Source: an uncultured delta proteobacterium (lineage in GTDB: Bacteria; Myxococcota; Myxococcia; Myxococcales; Myxococcaceae). From it: 64,000 bases of DNA. Within the stretch, counting starts at the first letter, position 1, and every line of letters begins with the position of its first letter. Below are positions 1 through 10,406 of the stretch, piece after piece. The notes under the pieces are model-generated. The model made no database searches, was not told the origin of the DNA, and saw nothing but the letters and a program-made list of their open reading frames with translations. Made by a program: the position numbers and the translations under genes. The DNA lies in NCBI GenBank assembly GCA_963796055.1, contig CAWCKH010000004.1:2944001-3008000 (forward strand), written 5' to 3'.

Positions 1-515
1 TGACCGAGCAGCACGGAGCCCCGGACGCGCTCGTCCTCGCCGCCGGGGTCACGCACAACGCGCTCTTCGCCTTCACCTCCGACAAGGAATGGGATGAGGT
101 CATCGCGACGAATCTGGGTGGACTGCTCGCCGTCGGGCGGCCAATCGTCAAGTCGATGCTCCGTGTTCGTGCCGGTCGGATCGTCGTGGTCTCCTCGGTG
201 GTCGCACACATCGGAAACGCCGGACAGGTCGCCTACGCATCCACGAAGGGCGGACTGAACTCGGCAGCGCTCTCTCTGGCCAGAGAACTTGCGCCACGGG
301 GCATCACCGTCAACGTCGTCGCGCCGGGGCTCGTGGACACGGAGATGCTTCGAGGAGCTCCGATCGAGCAGCTCCTCGACGGCGTCCCCGCCCGAAGGCT
401 CGGTCGTCCCGCGGAGGTGGCCCACGTCATCCGGTACCTCTGCAGCGAGGAGTCGGGCTGCCTGACCGGGCAGATCTTTCACGTCGATGGCGGGATGGCC
501 CTCCAGACCTCATGA
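1..515 (+). CDS. fabG: 3-oxoacyl-ACP reductase (SDR), 5' end outside window
   Basis: Frame open from base 3 (TEQHGAPDALVLAAG...WDEVIATNL); VVSS, GNAGQVAYASTK (YxxxK), VNVVAPGLVDT, TGQIFHVDGG. Confidence 0.9.
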   Translation, partial: TEQHGAPDALVLAAGVTHNALFAFTSDKEWDEVIATNLGGLLAVGRPIVKSMLRVRAGRIVVVSSVVAHIGNAGQVAYASTKGGLNSAALSLARELAPRGITVNVVAPGLVDTEMLRGAPIEQLLDGVPARRLGRPAEVAHVIRYLCSEESGCLTGQIFHVDGGMALQTS

Positions 516-976
516 CCGAACACCCGGGTGCGTTTCCGCCGGTCTCCAACGTCCTTCCGCACCGGGCACCGTTCCTGTTCATCGAGCAGGTCGTCGAGCT
601 CACCGAGGAGAGGGTGGTCGCGGTTCGGACCTTTCACCCCGATGAGCCCTTCTTCCTCGGGCACTTTCCTGGTCGCCCCGTGGTACCGGGAGTGGTGCTC
701 ATCGAAGGCCTCGCCCAGGCGATGGCCTATCACTCGTTGTTTCATCATCCGTCCCGGGAGATCTTTCTCGTTGGGATCGACCACGCCCGCTTTCGGTCTC
801 CCGTCGGGTTCGGAGTCGAAGTGAGATTCGACCTCCGCGTGGGGGAACAGCGATTCGGAATGGCGAAGGGGGTGGGGGAAGTCAGGACCGCCACCCGGCA
901 GGTCGCCCGTGCAACGCTGCTTGGATACAGCGCGGACCCCCGCGCGAGCCCCCCCGACGCTGGAGGTTCGCCGTGA
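512..976 (+). CDS. fabZ: 3-hydroxyacyl-ACP dehydratase, FabZ/FabA hotdog fold
   Basis: LPHRAPFLFIE...FFLGHFPGRPVVPGVVLIEGLAQ; ATGA overlap with fabG. Confidence 0.88.
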   Translation: MTEHPGAFPPVSNVLPHRAPFLFIEQVVELTEERVVAVRTFHPDEPFFLGHFPGRPVVPGVVLIEGLAQAMAYHSLFHHPSREIFLVGIDHARFRSPVGFGVEVRFDLRVGEQRFGMAKGVGEVRTATRQVARATLLGYSADPRASPPDAGGSP

Positions 977-993
977 AGGGCTCCGGACCTTGA

Positions 994-1687
994 TCACCGT
1001 CCGAGCTCGAGCAGCTCGTCGGGGACCGCGAATCCAGGCTGATAGTCCGTGACGGCGAGCTCGAGGCTGAACCCTCGCACGTCGGTCAGAACGACCCGGC
1101 GGGCGATGAGCTGGCCCTGCATGACCTGCCGCTGGTCATAGACGATCTCCAGCACCAGCCGGTCCTTGCGGAAGAAGCGTTTCCGGAAGACGGCGAGATC
1201 GTCGACGTCATGCCAGACCTCGACCGCATCGACGTCCTCCTCGTCCAGAGATCGTCGACTCACCCAGGCACCCTCCGAGAACTTCAGCGGCCCTCGTCCC
1301 TCGAGGAAGTAGATCCGCTCGACCGAGCGACCGATCTCCGAGGGGGTCGACCCGTGCGGCAACGTCCGGTAGGTAGATCCTCGACTCCCAGTGACCAGAA
1401 AGTCTCGCGACGTCGAAGAGCTTCGGTCCCACCGGGGTGTTCGCCGACACACGGAACGAGCCATCGCGGCGTCCCAGGAGGTACCCGGTCATCGGGAAGC
1501 TCCGTCCCTGGAACCGGGCAACCACCTGATGGAGCATCTTGAACGTCTCCGGCGCGGCCGAATCCAGCCGCTTCAGCTGCAGGGACGCCGCTTCCGCCGA
1601 AGAAGGAGGCGTGGGCACGTTGGAGGTGGTCGCACAGCCCGCGGCAGCGACCAGCGCGCAGAGCATTGAGGTGTGATGCGCTCTCAT
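994..1687 (-). pseudogene. Lipoprotein of aryl-polyene clusters (DUF3261-like), split by a +1 frameshift
   Basis: ORF 1208..1687 (lipobox AAGC) and ORF 994..1464 join into ...VDPSEIGRSVERIYF... if one base is removed from the G5 run at 1342-1346; lies downstream of MMPL/LolA. Confidence 0.6.
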
Positions 1688-4113
1688 CCGGGCGTGCTCG
1701 CCACTCCGTGCGTGGGCGACCGGAGGCGGGGAACGAGAAACAGAGCGACGAGGGCACTGATGCCGATGCCCAGACCCACCGCGACACCCATCGTCTGAAT
1801 GGCTCGATACGAGGCGAGCGAGAGCGTACCGAATCCGGCCAGAGTCGTGCTCGACGTCAGCAGCACTCCAGTGAACTCGACACCCGAGGTCCGCGTCGGG
1901 TTGGTCAGTCCTTGCACCGCAAAGATTCCGTAATCGACGCCGCAGCCGAGGATCAGCACCAGCGCGCTGGCTGAGACGAGGTTCAAGGGAACGTGCGTCA
2001 GAGACAGGATGGTGAGGGTCCCCAGCAACCCGAGTGCCCCCGGGGCGCAGGCGAGCAGAGCCAATCTCGCAGATCGAAAGGCGAACACCAGCAGCACCAG
2101 ATTCGACAGCAAACCGACACCACTGAGCAAAGTCATTTGTCTCGGGATCGCGGCGACCGTCTCCGCCGCCAGCGCTCCTCCGTCGATGACCGTGACCTCG
2201 GGAGGGAGGCGACTCTTGAGCTCGGGAATGACCGAGGGACGGGCTGGATCGAAGGGGGTGACGGCGATGCAGCCCGAGCTGGAGCAGCGCAGCAGCCGGC
2301 GCACCAGGGGGCCCAGTGAGGTCTGAGCCAGATCCCCCGGTTCCAGGGGAGAAGTCTCGCCTGAACGAGCCGCCTCGACACCACGCCAGAACGGTTCGAA
2401 CGCGTTCTCGGCGAATCCGAATCTCCCGGCGGCGTCCTTCAGCGCCGTCCTGCCGGCAGAGACGTCGAGGTCTTGAAGACGCTTCTGCCGCTCCTTCTGA
2501 GTCATCGAGGAAGGCAGGAACGAGCTCAGGCTCAGGACATGCGACACCTCACCCACGCGCTGGGCTCGATGGAGAACGCTTCCGACGGCATCCGAAAGGC
2601 GCAGTGCATCCTCCACCGTCGCCGCGCGGGCCACCACGAGGGAGTCGGAGCTCTGCAGACCGAAACGCTTCCGGACCTCCTCGTACTCGGCGAGCGTCGC
2701 CGGTCGCTGTGCGTCGAGGTGGCGAAGCTCGCCGTCGAACCGAAGTCGCGACAAGGACACCGCCGAGACGGCGACCACCAGGATGACGATGCTCCAGGCG
2801 AGAAGGGGTGGAAGCCGCAACGCCTGAAGGCTGAGCATCCAGCGAGGAATCGGCGAGAAATCCCGTAGCCCCCAGCGGGCACCGAGTGCCACGACCAGGG
2901 TCAGTGTGGCGGCGAACGCGAAGGCGATCCCTGTTCCTGCAAACAGGGCGAGCTCACGAAGCCCGGGGAACCGCGAGAAGAGCATCAGGGCGAACGCCAT
3001 CATCGTGGTGAGAAACCCGAGCCAGAGAGAACGACGGCTCTCCCTCAGTCCAGCGGCGAGGCGCTCGAGTGGCGAGCCTGCGTGCACGGAGGACGCGTTG
3101 AGCAGATACATCGGATAGTCGATCGCAATCCCGACCAGCACCGACCCAAAGGCGAAGGTCAGGGGGTGGATTCGACCCTGGATCGAAGCGACCGACAGCA
3201 ATCCGCCCACCATCCCGAAAGCCAACGTGACAGACGCCAGCGCGAGCAAGCGGAGGCTTCGGAACCTGAGCATGAAGATCGCCACTAGGGCGGCGACCGA
3301 GGTGACCATCGTCACGAGGATGTCTCGCTTGACGGTTGCGGCGCTCTCGGATGCGAACCGTGGTCCGCCGACCACCTGCAACCTGGCCACTCGACCGGCC
3401 TCCAGGGGAAGCTTCGTCGCGTCGTCTTCGAGCCGAGCGAGGAGCGAGGCCGAGGCTTCGGTCTCCAGGGCCGATGCCTTCGTGACCCCGATCAGCAAAA
3501 GATGCGTCTGGTCCGGAGAGAGGAGCTGACCGGCGTAGGACTTCACACTGACCGTACCGCTCAACCCCGAGAGGATCTCTTCGTCGAGATCGAGCGGGTC
3601 CTGGAGCAGGTCGCTCTTGGTCACGATCGCCTGTGGGGCGGAGAGCTTGGCCCTGAGGGTGGCCAGCAACCCTGGGAGCCGGGAGGCAGAGAGGCGGTCC
3701 TCGATCGCGGCGCGTGGGTCCTCGAGTAGATAGAACCGACGGGGGAAGAGGACTCGCCCCACCTTCATCATCTCCTCGGTGGTCTGTCCGGCGACGATCT
3801 CGGAGAACGCTCCGGAGGACCGAAGACGGGTTGCCAGCGCCTCACCCGCCCGGGCGAGCTCCGCCGGGCTCGCACCGGGGATCTCCAGATCCAGGAGCAG
3901 CACATTGAGGGCACCAAACTCCTCCAGAAGCTTGGCCGCCTCGCGCGGAGAGCCAGGCCCCTCCGGAAGCATGGCCCCGATGTCCTGCTCGACGACCGTG
4001 CTCCTCGCCAGCCAGAGGCCGGTGGTCAGGAAACAGAGAGAAAGAGCCAAGGAGAGAGCGAGATGCGAGGTCAGCCAGAGCTGAAGCCGTGTCAGACCAG
4101 GCTGCCCCTGCAT
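1684..4113 (-). CDS. MMPL/RND-type lipid exporter
   Basis: Two TM clusters with GIAIDY and GCGVDYGIF motifs separated by large periplasmic loops; ATG at 4113 abuts the LolA stop. Confidence 0.85.
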   Translation of the reverse strand: MQGQPGLTRLQLWLTSHLALSLALSLCFLTTGLWLARSTVVEQDIGAMLPEGPGSPREAAKLLEEFGALNVLLLDLEIPGASPAELARAGEALATRLRSSGAFSEIVAGQTTEEMMKVGRVLFPRRFYLLEDPRAAIEDRLSASRLPGLLATLRAKLSAPQAIVTKSDLLQDPLDLDEEILSGLSGTVSVKSYAGQLLSPDQTHLLLIGVTKASALETEASASLLARLEDDATKLPLEAGRVARLQVVGGPRFASESAATVKRDILVTMVTSVAALVAIFMLRFRSLRLLALASVTLAFGMVGGLLSVASIQGRIHPLTFAFGSVLVGIAIDYPMYLLNASSVHAGSPLERLAAGLRESRRSLWLGFLTTMMAFALMLFSRFPGLRELALFAGTGIAFAFAATLTLVVALGARWGLRDFSPIPRWMLSLQALRLPPLLAWSIVILVVAVSAVSLSRLRFDGELRHLDAQRPATLAEYEEVRKRFGLQSSDSLVVARAATVEDALRLSDAVGSVLHRAQRVGEVSHVLSLSSFLPSSMTQKERQKRLQDLDVSAGRTALKDAAGRFGFAENAFEPFWRGVEAARSGETSPLEPGDLAQTSLGPLVRRLLRCSSSGCIAVTPFDPARPSVIPELKSRLPPEVTVIDGGALAAETVAAIPRQMTLLSGVGLLSNLVLLVFAFRSARLALLACAPGALGLLGTLTILSLTHVPLNLVSASALVLILGCGVDYGIFAVQGLTNPTRTSGVEFTGVLLTSSTTLAGFGTLSLASYRAIQTMGVAVGLGIGISALVALFLVPRLRSPTHGVASTPG

Positions 4114-4114
4114 C

Positions 4115-4705
4115 TCAGCGCCCGTCTTTTTCGATGACGTGGTCACGGAAGGCGATGTCGGTCCGATCGCCATCGGGCTCCTGTAGGGAAACGTGCCGCA
4201 AGCGGTACTCCAGATCGAAGTCGAGATCGATTGCCTGGATCGAGTGAGAGAGCCCTTCGGAGCGCGGCTTCAGAGAGACCCTGAGTGGCCGGGCTCGATC
4301 AATCCTCAGCTCGAACAGCGGTGTGAGACGTTCGAGATCTGCTTCGAGCACGGCCCGGAGGGTCTCGAAGACCTTCCCCATGCCGGGCTCGGACGTGAGG
4401 TCGAAGCTCTGGGGCGACGACATGCCGGACATCGTCAGCGTGGCGGTCGTTCCCTGGAGGACGAGCTCGCTCTCGCTCGGTGGGTCGGTGTGCCAGACGA
4501 GTCGACCGCCGCGGTGGTAGCTAAGTCGCCCGGTGGTCACCAGCGTGTCCCGGAGTGCCTTGAGGTGCTTCGTCTGTTCGAAGCGCGCCGAGAGCGACCG
4601 GGTACGCTGCAGGGACTCGCGAAGCGGAGCCAGCTCCGGAGGCACGCCTTTCGGTGCGGGACTGGCAGAGAGGACCACCGGCAGGAGCACGGCAAGCAGG
4701 TCCAT
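4115..4705 (-). CDS. LolA-like outer-membrane lipid/lipoprotein carrier
   Basis: Signal peptide; SLSARFEQTK...TGRL...LVWHTDPP; C-terminal GDRTDIAF. Confidence 0.85.
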   Translation of the reverse strand: MDLLAVLLPVVLSASPAPKGVPPELAPLRESLQRTRSLSARFEQTKHLKALRDTLVTTGRLSYHRGGRLVWHTDPPSESELVLQGTTATLTMSGMSSPQSFDLTSEPGMGKVFETLRAVLEADLERLTPLFELRIDRARPLRVSLKPRSEGLSHSIQAIDLDFDLEYRLRHVSLQEPDGDRTDIAFRDHVIEKDGR

Positions 4706-4802
4706 CGGAGCGCGAGGCTATCACGCTGGCGCAGGAGCATCGTAGGCCAACGACTGGACTTGCTTCTCCTGGACATGGGAAGAAACGTGGTCAGGGAATC
4801 AC

Positions 4803-5966
4803 GTGCCTGCAGTCATCACCTCCGTGGGCGCCGTCACCGGACACGGGATCGGATGCGCCAAGCTCTTCTCGGCGCTGCTTCGCGGCGACACGGCGATCCG
4901 CTCGGTCTCTCGTTTCCCTGTCGACGGCCTGTGCAGCACCTTGGCTGCCGAGGCCCCCGTGGACGAGGAGCTGGAGGCGGCCTCCTCGGGGCTTCACCAG
5001 GGGCCAGCGGAGGACCGGGCCACCCGCCTTCTCCTGGCGGCCGCCGCCGAGGCCCTGGAAGGCCGGGAGCTCGAGGCATCGCCGCGCCGTGGGGTGCTCG
5101 TCGGAACCACCAAGGGAGCTTTCGAGCGCCTCGGACGCCGGACAGGAAGCGATGACCTCCTCGGGGCTCCCGCCCGCGCGCTGGCCGGCGCAGCCCACGC
5201 GCGTGGCCCGACCCTGGGCATCAGCGCTGCGTGCTCGTCGGGCGCAGCGGCGCTCGGTGAGGCGCTGGCTCTGATCGAGGACGGGATCTGTGATGAGATT
5301 CTGGTGGGGGGGACCGAGGCGCTCCATGCCTTCGTCTACCGCGGCTTTCACGCGCTGCGTGCCCTCTCTCCGCGACCGGCGATGCCTTTCGACGCCGCGC
5401 GCAGTGGGCTCTCGCTCGGCGAGGGTGCGGCGGTCCTGATCACCGAGTCCATCGCTCATGCGAGACGACACGGTCGTCGACCGATCGCAGTGCTGGAGGG
5501 CTTCGGTGCAAGCAGTGATGCGCATGACCAGGTCGCACCTGAGCCCGGCGGACGTGGGTTGCTCGCTGCCAGCCGGATGGCCCTCGCCAGCGCAGGCGTC
5601 ACGGCGAACGAGGTCGATGGCTACCACGCACACGGCACCGGTACGGTCCAGAACGACCGGATGGAGGCCACGGTCTTCGCCGGGCTGTTCTCCGGGCGCG
5701 CGGTGACCGTCTCGGCGATCAAGGGTTCCCTGGGGCACACGCTCGGCGCGGCAGGTGCACTCGATGCGCTCGTCTGCGCTCTCATCCTGCGGGCCGGGAC
5801 CGTACCGCCGGTCACCAATCTGAGGACGCTGGATCCGCGGGCGCACGTCCCTGCAGTCATCGGAGGGCCGAAGCCGCTCACCGGAAGCCGGATCCTGATG
5901 GCCAGCGCCGGCTTCGGCGGCATCAACGCCGCTCTCGTTCTCCGTACCGCTGAGGGAAGCGCATGA
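4803..5966 (+). CDS. Beta-ketoacyl-ACP synthase (active KS 1)
   Basis: Cys-His-His triad: SAACSSG, HAHGTGT, GHTLGAAG; GFGG. Confidence 0.92.
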   Translation: MPAVITSVGAVTGHGIGCAKLFSALLRGDTAIRSVSRFPVDGLCSTLAAEAPVDEELEAASSGLHQGPAEDRATRLLLAAAAEALEGRELEASPRRGVLVGTTKGAFERLGRRTGSDDLLGAPARALAGAAHARGPTLGISAACSSGAAALGEALALIEDGICDEILVGGTEALHAFVYRGFHALRALSPRPAMPFDAARSGLSLGEGAAVLITESIAHARRHGRRPIAVLEGFGASSDAHDQVAPEPGGRGLLAASRMALASAGVTANEVDGYHAHGTGTVQNDRMEATVFAGLFSGRAVTVSAIKGSLGHTLGAAGALDALVCALILRAGTVPPVTNLRTLDPRAHVPAVIGGPKPLTGSRILMASAGFGGINAALVLRTAEGSA

Positions 5967-6766
5967 TCTCGGAGGTCGGGGTCACCTCCTGGGCGATCTG
6001 GAACGCAGGTGGCGTCTCCATCAACGCGGCGCCCGCCCCCGGGGCGGGCGCCGGGTTGGGCCTCTGGCCGGAACGCCCACCTTCGACCCCTGGTGCCCGC
6101 GGACTGCCTGTTCCCGCGAGCGCCTCTGCACTCGTTTCGCTCGCTCGGCAGGTCCTGGCCGCTCGTCGCGTGGGCTCCCTCCCCGAGTTGCCGCCCCTGA
6201 TCGGCGTGAGGCTTGGAACGATGAGCGGCTCCAGAGAGAACGATCTCGCATTTCTCGAGAGTCTGGCCGAGCGCGGCGAGTCCCTCGGCTCACCGTCGCT
6301 CTTCGTCTACACCCTCTCGACTGCCGCCCTTGCCGACGTCTCGCTCGCTCTGGGCTGTCGGGGGGGCCTCTCCACCGTGAGCAACGGTGAGGCCAGTGGC
6401 CTGCTCGCAGTGGCGCTCGAAGCGGGAGCGGTCGCCGCCGGTCGTTCTGCAGCCTGCCTCTGCGGGGCGATGGACGTTTGTGGCTCGGACTCGGACGTCA
6501 TCGCCCTGTTCCTGCTCGAGCCCGCCCGGTCAGACATCGCGGTCCCTCGGCTGTCGGGCTGGGAATTCACCTTCGACACCACGAGCCCTCCGAGCCCCGG
6601 CTCGTTGCGGTCGAGCATGGAACGGCTGGTCCTCGCGCTCTGCAGCAACGAGGGCGGACCGGTCAGCGCCTCGTCCGGGACCGGCGAGTCCGTCCGCCTC
6701 TCCGTCGTTCCGGCGGGGCGGAGTGCCTGGAGTGGGCAGCGCGCTGGTAGCGCGGAGCGCGCGTGA
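5963..6766 (+). CDS. Chain-length-factor-like KS partner 1
   Basis: KS N-terminal-like, SPSLFVYTL motif, no catalytic Cys; ATGA-coupled to KS 1. Confidence 0.7.
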   Translation: MISEVGVTSWAIWNAGGVSINAAPAPGAGAGLGLWPERPPSTPGARGLPVPASASALVSLARQVLAARRVGSLPELPPLIGVRLGTMSGSRENDLAFLESLAERGESLGSPSLFVYTLSTAALADVSLALGCRGGLSTVSNGEASGLLAVALEAGAVAAGRSAACLCGAMDVCGSDSDVIALFLLEPARSDIAVPRLSGWEFTFDTTSPPSPGSLRSSMERLVLALCSNEGGPVSASSGTGESVRLSVVPAGRSAWSGQRAGSAERA

Positions 6767-7335
6767 TGGGCGGGGGACGGAAGGCCGTGGTGCTGGGGGG
6801 CGTGAGTGATCTACAGCGGGTCATCACCGAGCGCCTCGCCAGCGCCGGGCACAGGGTCACCCAGCTGGAGGCGGGCGCTGCCGCGGCCGAGCTCGACGCC
6901 GAGATCCTCGTCCACCTGGATGCGAGCCTCGCGCGCTCTCCGGGGCTCGTCGACCCGGATCAACCCTTGCTCGAGGCACGGGCGTCGTTCAGGGTGATCG
7001 AGCATGCCGCGCGGTCCATGGAGCTCGTGGGGTTCGGTCGAATCGTCCATCTCCGGGCGGCCCCGGACCCGGCCACGACCAAGTTCTCGTCAGCAGCCGC
7101 AGCGATGGCGACCTTCGAGCTGGCCGGGACGCTCGGGGTGCTCCAGGAGACGGCGCGGCGCCTGGCCCCCCTGGGTATCACCCTCAACGTGGTCACCCTC
7201 ATGACATCGTCTGTCGTGCCCACCCAGCGGAAGGCGACGTCCTCCGAGGTTGCCGCCCTCGTGGAAATGCTGTGCGACGACCAGGCCGGCTTCATCACCG
7301 CCCAGTCCTTTTCAATGGTGATCGGGCTGGGTTAG
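6763..7335 (+). CDS. Degenerate short-chain dehydrogenase-like protein
   Basis: GFGRIV, LAPLGITLNVV, EVAALVEMLCDDQAGFITAQ; no GxxxGxG or YxxxK. Confidence 0.6.
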   Translation: MMGGGRKAVVLGGVSDLQRVITERLASAGHRVTQLEAGAAAAELDAEILVHLDASLARSPGLVDPDQPLLEARASFRVIEHAARSMELVGFGRIVHLRAAPDPATTKFSSAAAAMATFELAGTLGVLQETARRLAPLGITLNVVTLMTSSVVPTQRKATSSEVAALVEMLCDDQAGFITAQSFSMVIGLG

Positions 7336-7343
7336 ATCGGCCC

Positions 7344-7646
7344 GTGCCCGCGCCCGCCCCCACCGACCCCTCGACCGAAGACGCGCTGCGGACGCTTCGG
7401 GAGGAGCTCAAGCAGCTCCTGGTGACCACCCTTCGACTGGAGAACGTCCGTCCCGAGGACATCGGTGACACCGAACCTCTGTTCTCTCCCGACGCTCGGC
7501 TGGGGCTCGATTCCCTGGCCGCGCTCGAGCTGCTCTCGGCAATCGAGTTCACCTACAAGGTTCGGTTCGGGGACGATGGCTCGGCACGTGAGCACTTCGA
7601 GTCCATCTCCACGCTCGCCACGTTCGTGGCGTCCGCTCGGACCTGA
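7344..7646 (+). CDS. Acyl carrier protein
   Basis: LGLDSLAALEL phosphopantetheine motif; GTG start inferred. Confidence 0.9.
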   Translation: MPAPAPTDPSTEDALRTLREELKQLLVTTLRLENVRPEDIGDTEPLFSPDARLGLDSLAALELLSAIEFTYKVRFGDDGSAREHFESISTLATFVASART

Positions 7647-7649
7647 GCC

Positions 7650-8816
7650 GTGCGTGGGGTTGCGATCACCGGCGTTGGCATCGTCTCGGCGCTGGGTTCT
7701 GGTTTCGCCGCTCATCTGGCGGGACTGCGGGAAGGAAGGTCGGGCCTGAGGCCACTCACCCTGTTTCCTGCCGAGGATCTGGGTGGGCCCCCGGTCGGCG
7801 AGGTCGCCGCCGGGCTCGTCCCGAGGAGCCGCGGTCCTCGCTGCATCCGTCTGGCCCTGCTTGCGGCTCGTCAGGCGCTGGCCGGGCGCAGGCTCGAGGG
7901 CGAGGGTGTGCTCTCCGTCGGCACGACCACCGGAGGCATCTTCGAGTCGGAGGCCCATTACTTGAAGCACCGGGGAGGCGTGGGTGCGGAGGACAGGGAT
8001 CTCCTTCTTCACCACCCGATCGGCGCAGTGACGGGGGTCTTGAGCCGGGCCCTGCGGCTTTCCCCTTCGCAGCACACGTTCTCCACCGCCTGTTCATCCA
8101 GCGCCAATGCCATCGGCTTCGGGGCGTCGATGGTGGAGCGGGAGGGCACGTGGGCCCTCGTGGGTGGGGTGGATTCGCTCTCTCGCATCACCTATTGCGG
8201 GTTCCACGCGCTCAAGCTGCTGGCGAGCGCGCCCTGCCGCCCGTTCGACCTGAACCGCCGCGGTGTGTCGCTGGGCGAGGGTGCCGCGTTCCTCTTGCTC
8301 GAACCGGAAGCAGAGGCTCGCCGACGGGGAACGCCCATCCTCGGCTTCGTGAGAGGATGGGGCAGCACCTCCGACGCTCACCATCCAACCGCCCCTCACC
8401 CCCGGGGTGAGGGTGCCGCGGCGGCCTCGCTTTCTGCTCTGGCCGACGCGGGACTGGACCCGGCGCAGGTGGATTACGTGAACGCCCATGGGACGGCGAC
8501 GGCGGCCAACAATCTCGCGGAAGGACTGGCCCTGGAACGGGTGTTCGGAGCAAGGCCTCCGCTGACCAGCTCGACCAAGGGGCTGACCGGGCACACCCTC
8601 GGCGCTGCCGGTGCGATCGAGGCGGTGCTGAGCCTGGCGGCGCTCTCCGGCGGTTTCGTCCCGGCCACCACCGGACTGGAACAGCCCGACCCCGAGATTC
8701 ACCTCCGGCACGTTCCACCGGGAGGGGTGAACCGACCTCTGTCGGTCGTGGTCTCCAACTCCTTCGGATTCGGGGGAAACAACGCGGTCCTCGTTCTTTC
8801 TCGGACGGCTGCATGA
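7650..8816 (+). CDS. Beta-ketoacyl-ACP synthase (active KS 2)
   Basis: STACSSS, NAHGTAT, GHTLGAAG, NSFGFGGNN. Confidence 0.93.
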   Translation: MRGVAITGVGIVSALGSGFAAHLAGLREGRSGLRPLTLFPAEDLGGPPVGEVAAGLVPRSRGPRCIRLALLAARQALAGRRLEGEGVLSVGTTTGGIFESEAHYLKHRGGVGAEDRDLLLHHPIGAVTGVLSRALRLSPSQHTFSTACSSSANAIGFGASMVEREGTWALVGGVDSLSRITYCGFHALKLLASAPCRPFDLNRRGVSLGEGAAFLLLEPEAEARRRGTPILGFVRGWGSTSDAHHPTAPHPRGEGAAAASLSALADAGLDPAQVDYVNAHGTATAANNLAEGLALERVFGARPPLTSSTKGLTGHTLGAAGAIEAVLSLAALSGGFVPATTGLEQPDPEIHLRHVPPGGVNRPLSVVVSNSFGFGGNNAVLVLSRTAA

Positions 8817-9691
8817 AGCCCACTGTCCACGGCCTGGGCACGGCGGACGCGCCCAGGACGGACATGGATCCACGGGTCAACCGACTTCCGCGTCTGGAGC
8901 GCATGGCGTTCGCCGCGGTGCGAGAGGCCCTCGGTGGGCGATCCCTTCCCGACTCACTCGCCCTCGTCTTCGGGACCGGATACGGAGGGTTGGCGGCCAC
9001 GGAGGCCTTCCTCCAGAGCATCGCCTCCCGGGGGATGGCTCACGGGAGCGCGACCGCATTTCACCAGTCCGTCCATCACTCCCCGGCCGGACAGCTCTCT
9101 CTCCTGCTCGGGATCCGCGGTCCGGTCCTCACCGTCTCACAGCGGGAACTCTCCGGCGAAGCAGCGCTGCGGGTCGGACTCACCCTGCTGGACCGCTTTG
9201 AGTTCGTGCTGGTCGTCGCTGCCGACGAGAAGACCGCCGTGCTCGAGGCGGCATACCGCGCGTTCGGCGGGCTGTTCCGGGCCGGAGAAGGGGCGAGCGC
9301 CATCCTGCTCGGCCGCGGCGAAGGGCCACTCTGGATCGAGCGATGCGAGCTGTTCTCGCATCCCACCTCGGTACGTCGCTTTGCGTCGCCGATCCGCTTC
9401 GGACCTCGGCTCGCCGCGGCGCTCACCAGCTCGCGCAGCCGGGTGGTCTCGATCGCTGCTCCCACGGGCGATGTCGAGCGCAACGAACGGGCACTGGTCG
9501 GTCGCCAAGCTCAGATCCTTCAGGACCAGGTCGCTCCGGGCGAGGTGACCTTTCATCCCTCGGCTGGGCTGGTGCGCAGTGTCCTGGCGGCGCGTCATCT
9601 ACTGACGAGCCCTGGCGCGTCGGCGTGCGTTCTGCACGGGCTCGCCCTCGGCGGTGCTCAGTCCATCACGGTCCTGCGGCGTGACTCCTGA
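8813..9691 (+). CDS. Chain-length-factor-like KS partner 2
   Basis: FGTGYG, SATAFHQSVHHSPAGQLS, VVAADE, GEGA; no active Cys; coupled to KS 2. Confidence 0.8.
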   Translation: MKPTVHGLGTADAPRTDMDPRVNRLPRLERMAFAAVREALGGRSLPDSLALVFGTGYGGLAATEAFLQSIASRGMAHGSATAFHQSVHHSPAGQLSLLLGIRGPVLTVSQRELSGEAALRVGLTLLDRFEFVLVVAADEKTAVLEAAYRAFGGLFRAGEGASAILLGRGEGPLWIERCELFSHPTSVRRFASPIRFGPRLAAALTSSRSRVVSIAAPTGDVERNERALVGRQAQILQDQVAPGEVTFHPSAGLVRSVLAARHLLTSPGASACVLHGLALGGAQSITVLRRDS

Positions 9692-10406
9692 GGCCTTCGT
9701 CGGCAGCGGCTTGCTTGGTCTGGGGGGACTGGCGGCGCTGACTGGCACGTGGGCCGTGTTTCACCCTCGATCGACCCTGTTCGGTCCGGTGTTGTGGCGA
9801 GGCCTTCGAGATCGGCCTTGGGCGGCCCTGACGTTCGATGATGGTCCGCATCCGGAGTACACGGAACGGATCGCCGAGATTCTGGCCAAGGAAGGGGTGC
9901 CGGCGACCTTCTTCTGTGTGGGAAGGTGCATCGAGCAGAATCCACGCATCGCCCGCGAGCTCCACCGGGCCGGCCATGCGCTGCAGAACCACACCTTCTC
10001 GCACGACACCGGGCGCCACCTCTTTCATGCCGACTTGCTCCGTGCCGACCTGCAGCGGTGTCAGGACACGCTCGTCGGGATCGGCTCGGCGCCCCCACGC
10101 TACTACAGGCCGGCGGTGGGTATCCGGAACCCAGTCGTTCACCGTGCGGCGCGCGAGGTTGGACTGGAGATCGTCACCTGGACCCATTCTGCCCGTGACG
10201 GCCTCCTTGCCCTGAACGGAAGAAGGGCCGAGCGGCTCGCTGCTCGGGCGGGACCGGGGAGCATCCTGGCCTTGCACGATGGGGCCCTCTCCGCTCGCTC
10301 GACGCTTCGGGAGCAAACGGTGCAGCACCTTCCCGAGCTGCTCCGCACATTGAAGCGACAGGGGCTTCAGCTGGTAACGCTCGACCAGCTGCTCACACCA
10401 TCTTGA
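9681..10406 (+). CDS. Polysaccharide deacetylase (CE4/NodB) with N-terminal membrane anchor
   Basis: ALTFDDGP, NHTFSH, YYRPAVG, ILALHD. Confidence 0.9.
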   Translation: MTPEAFVGSGLLGLGGLAALTGTWAVFHPRSTLFGPVLWRGLRDRPWAALTFDDGPHPEYTERIAEILAKEGVPATFFCVGRCIEQNPRIARELHRAGHALQNHTFSHDTGRHLFHADLLRADLQRCQDTLVGIGSAPPRYYRPAVGIRNPVVHRAAREVGLEIVTWTHSARDGLLALNGRRAERLAARAGPGSILALHDGALSARSTLREQTVQHLPELLRTLKRQGLQLVTLDQLLTPS

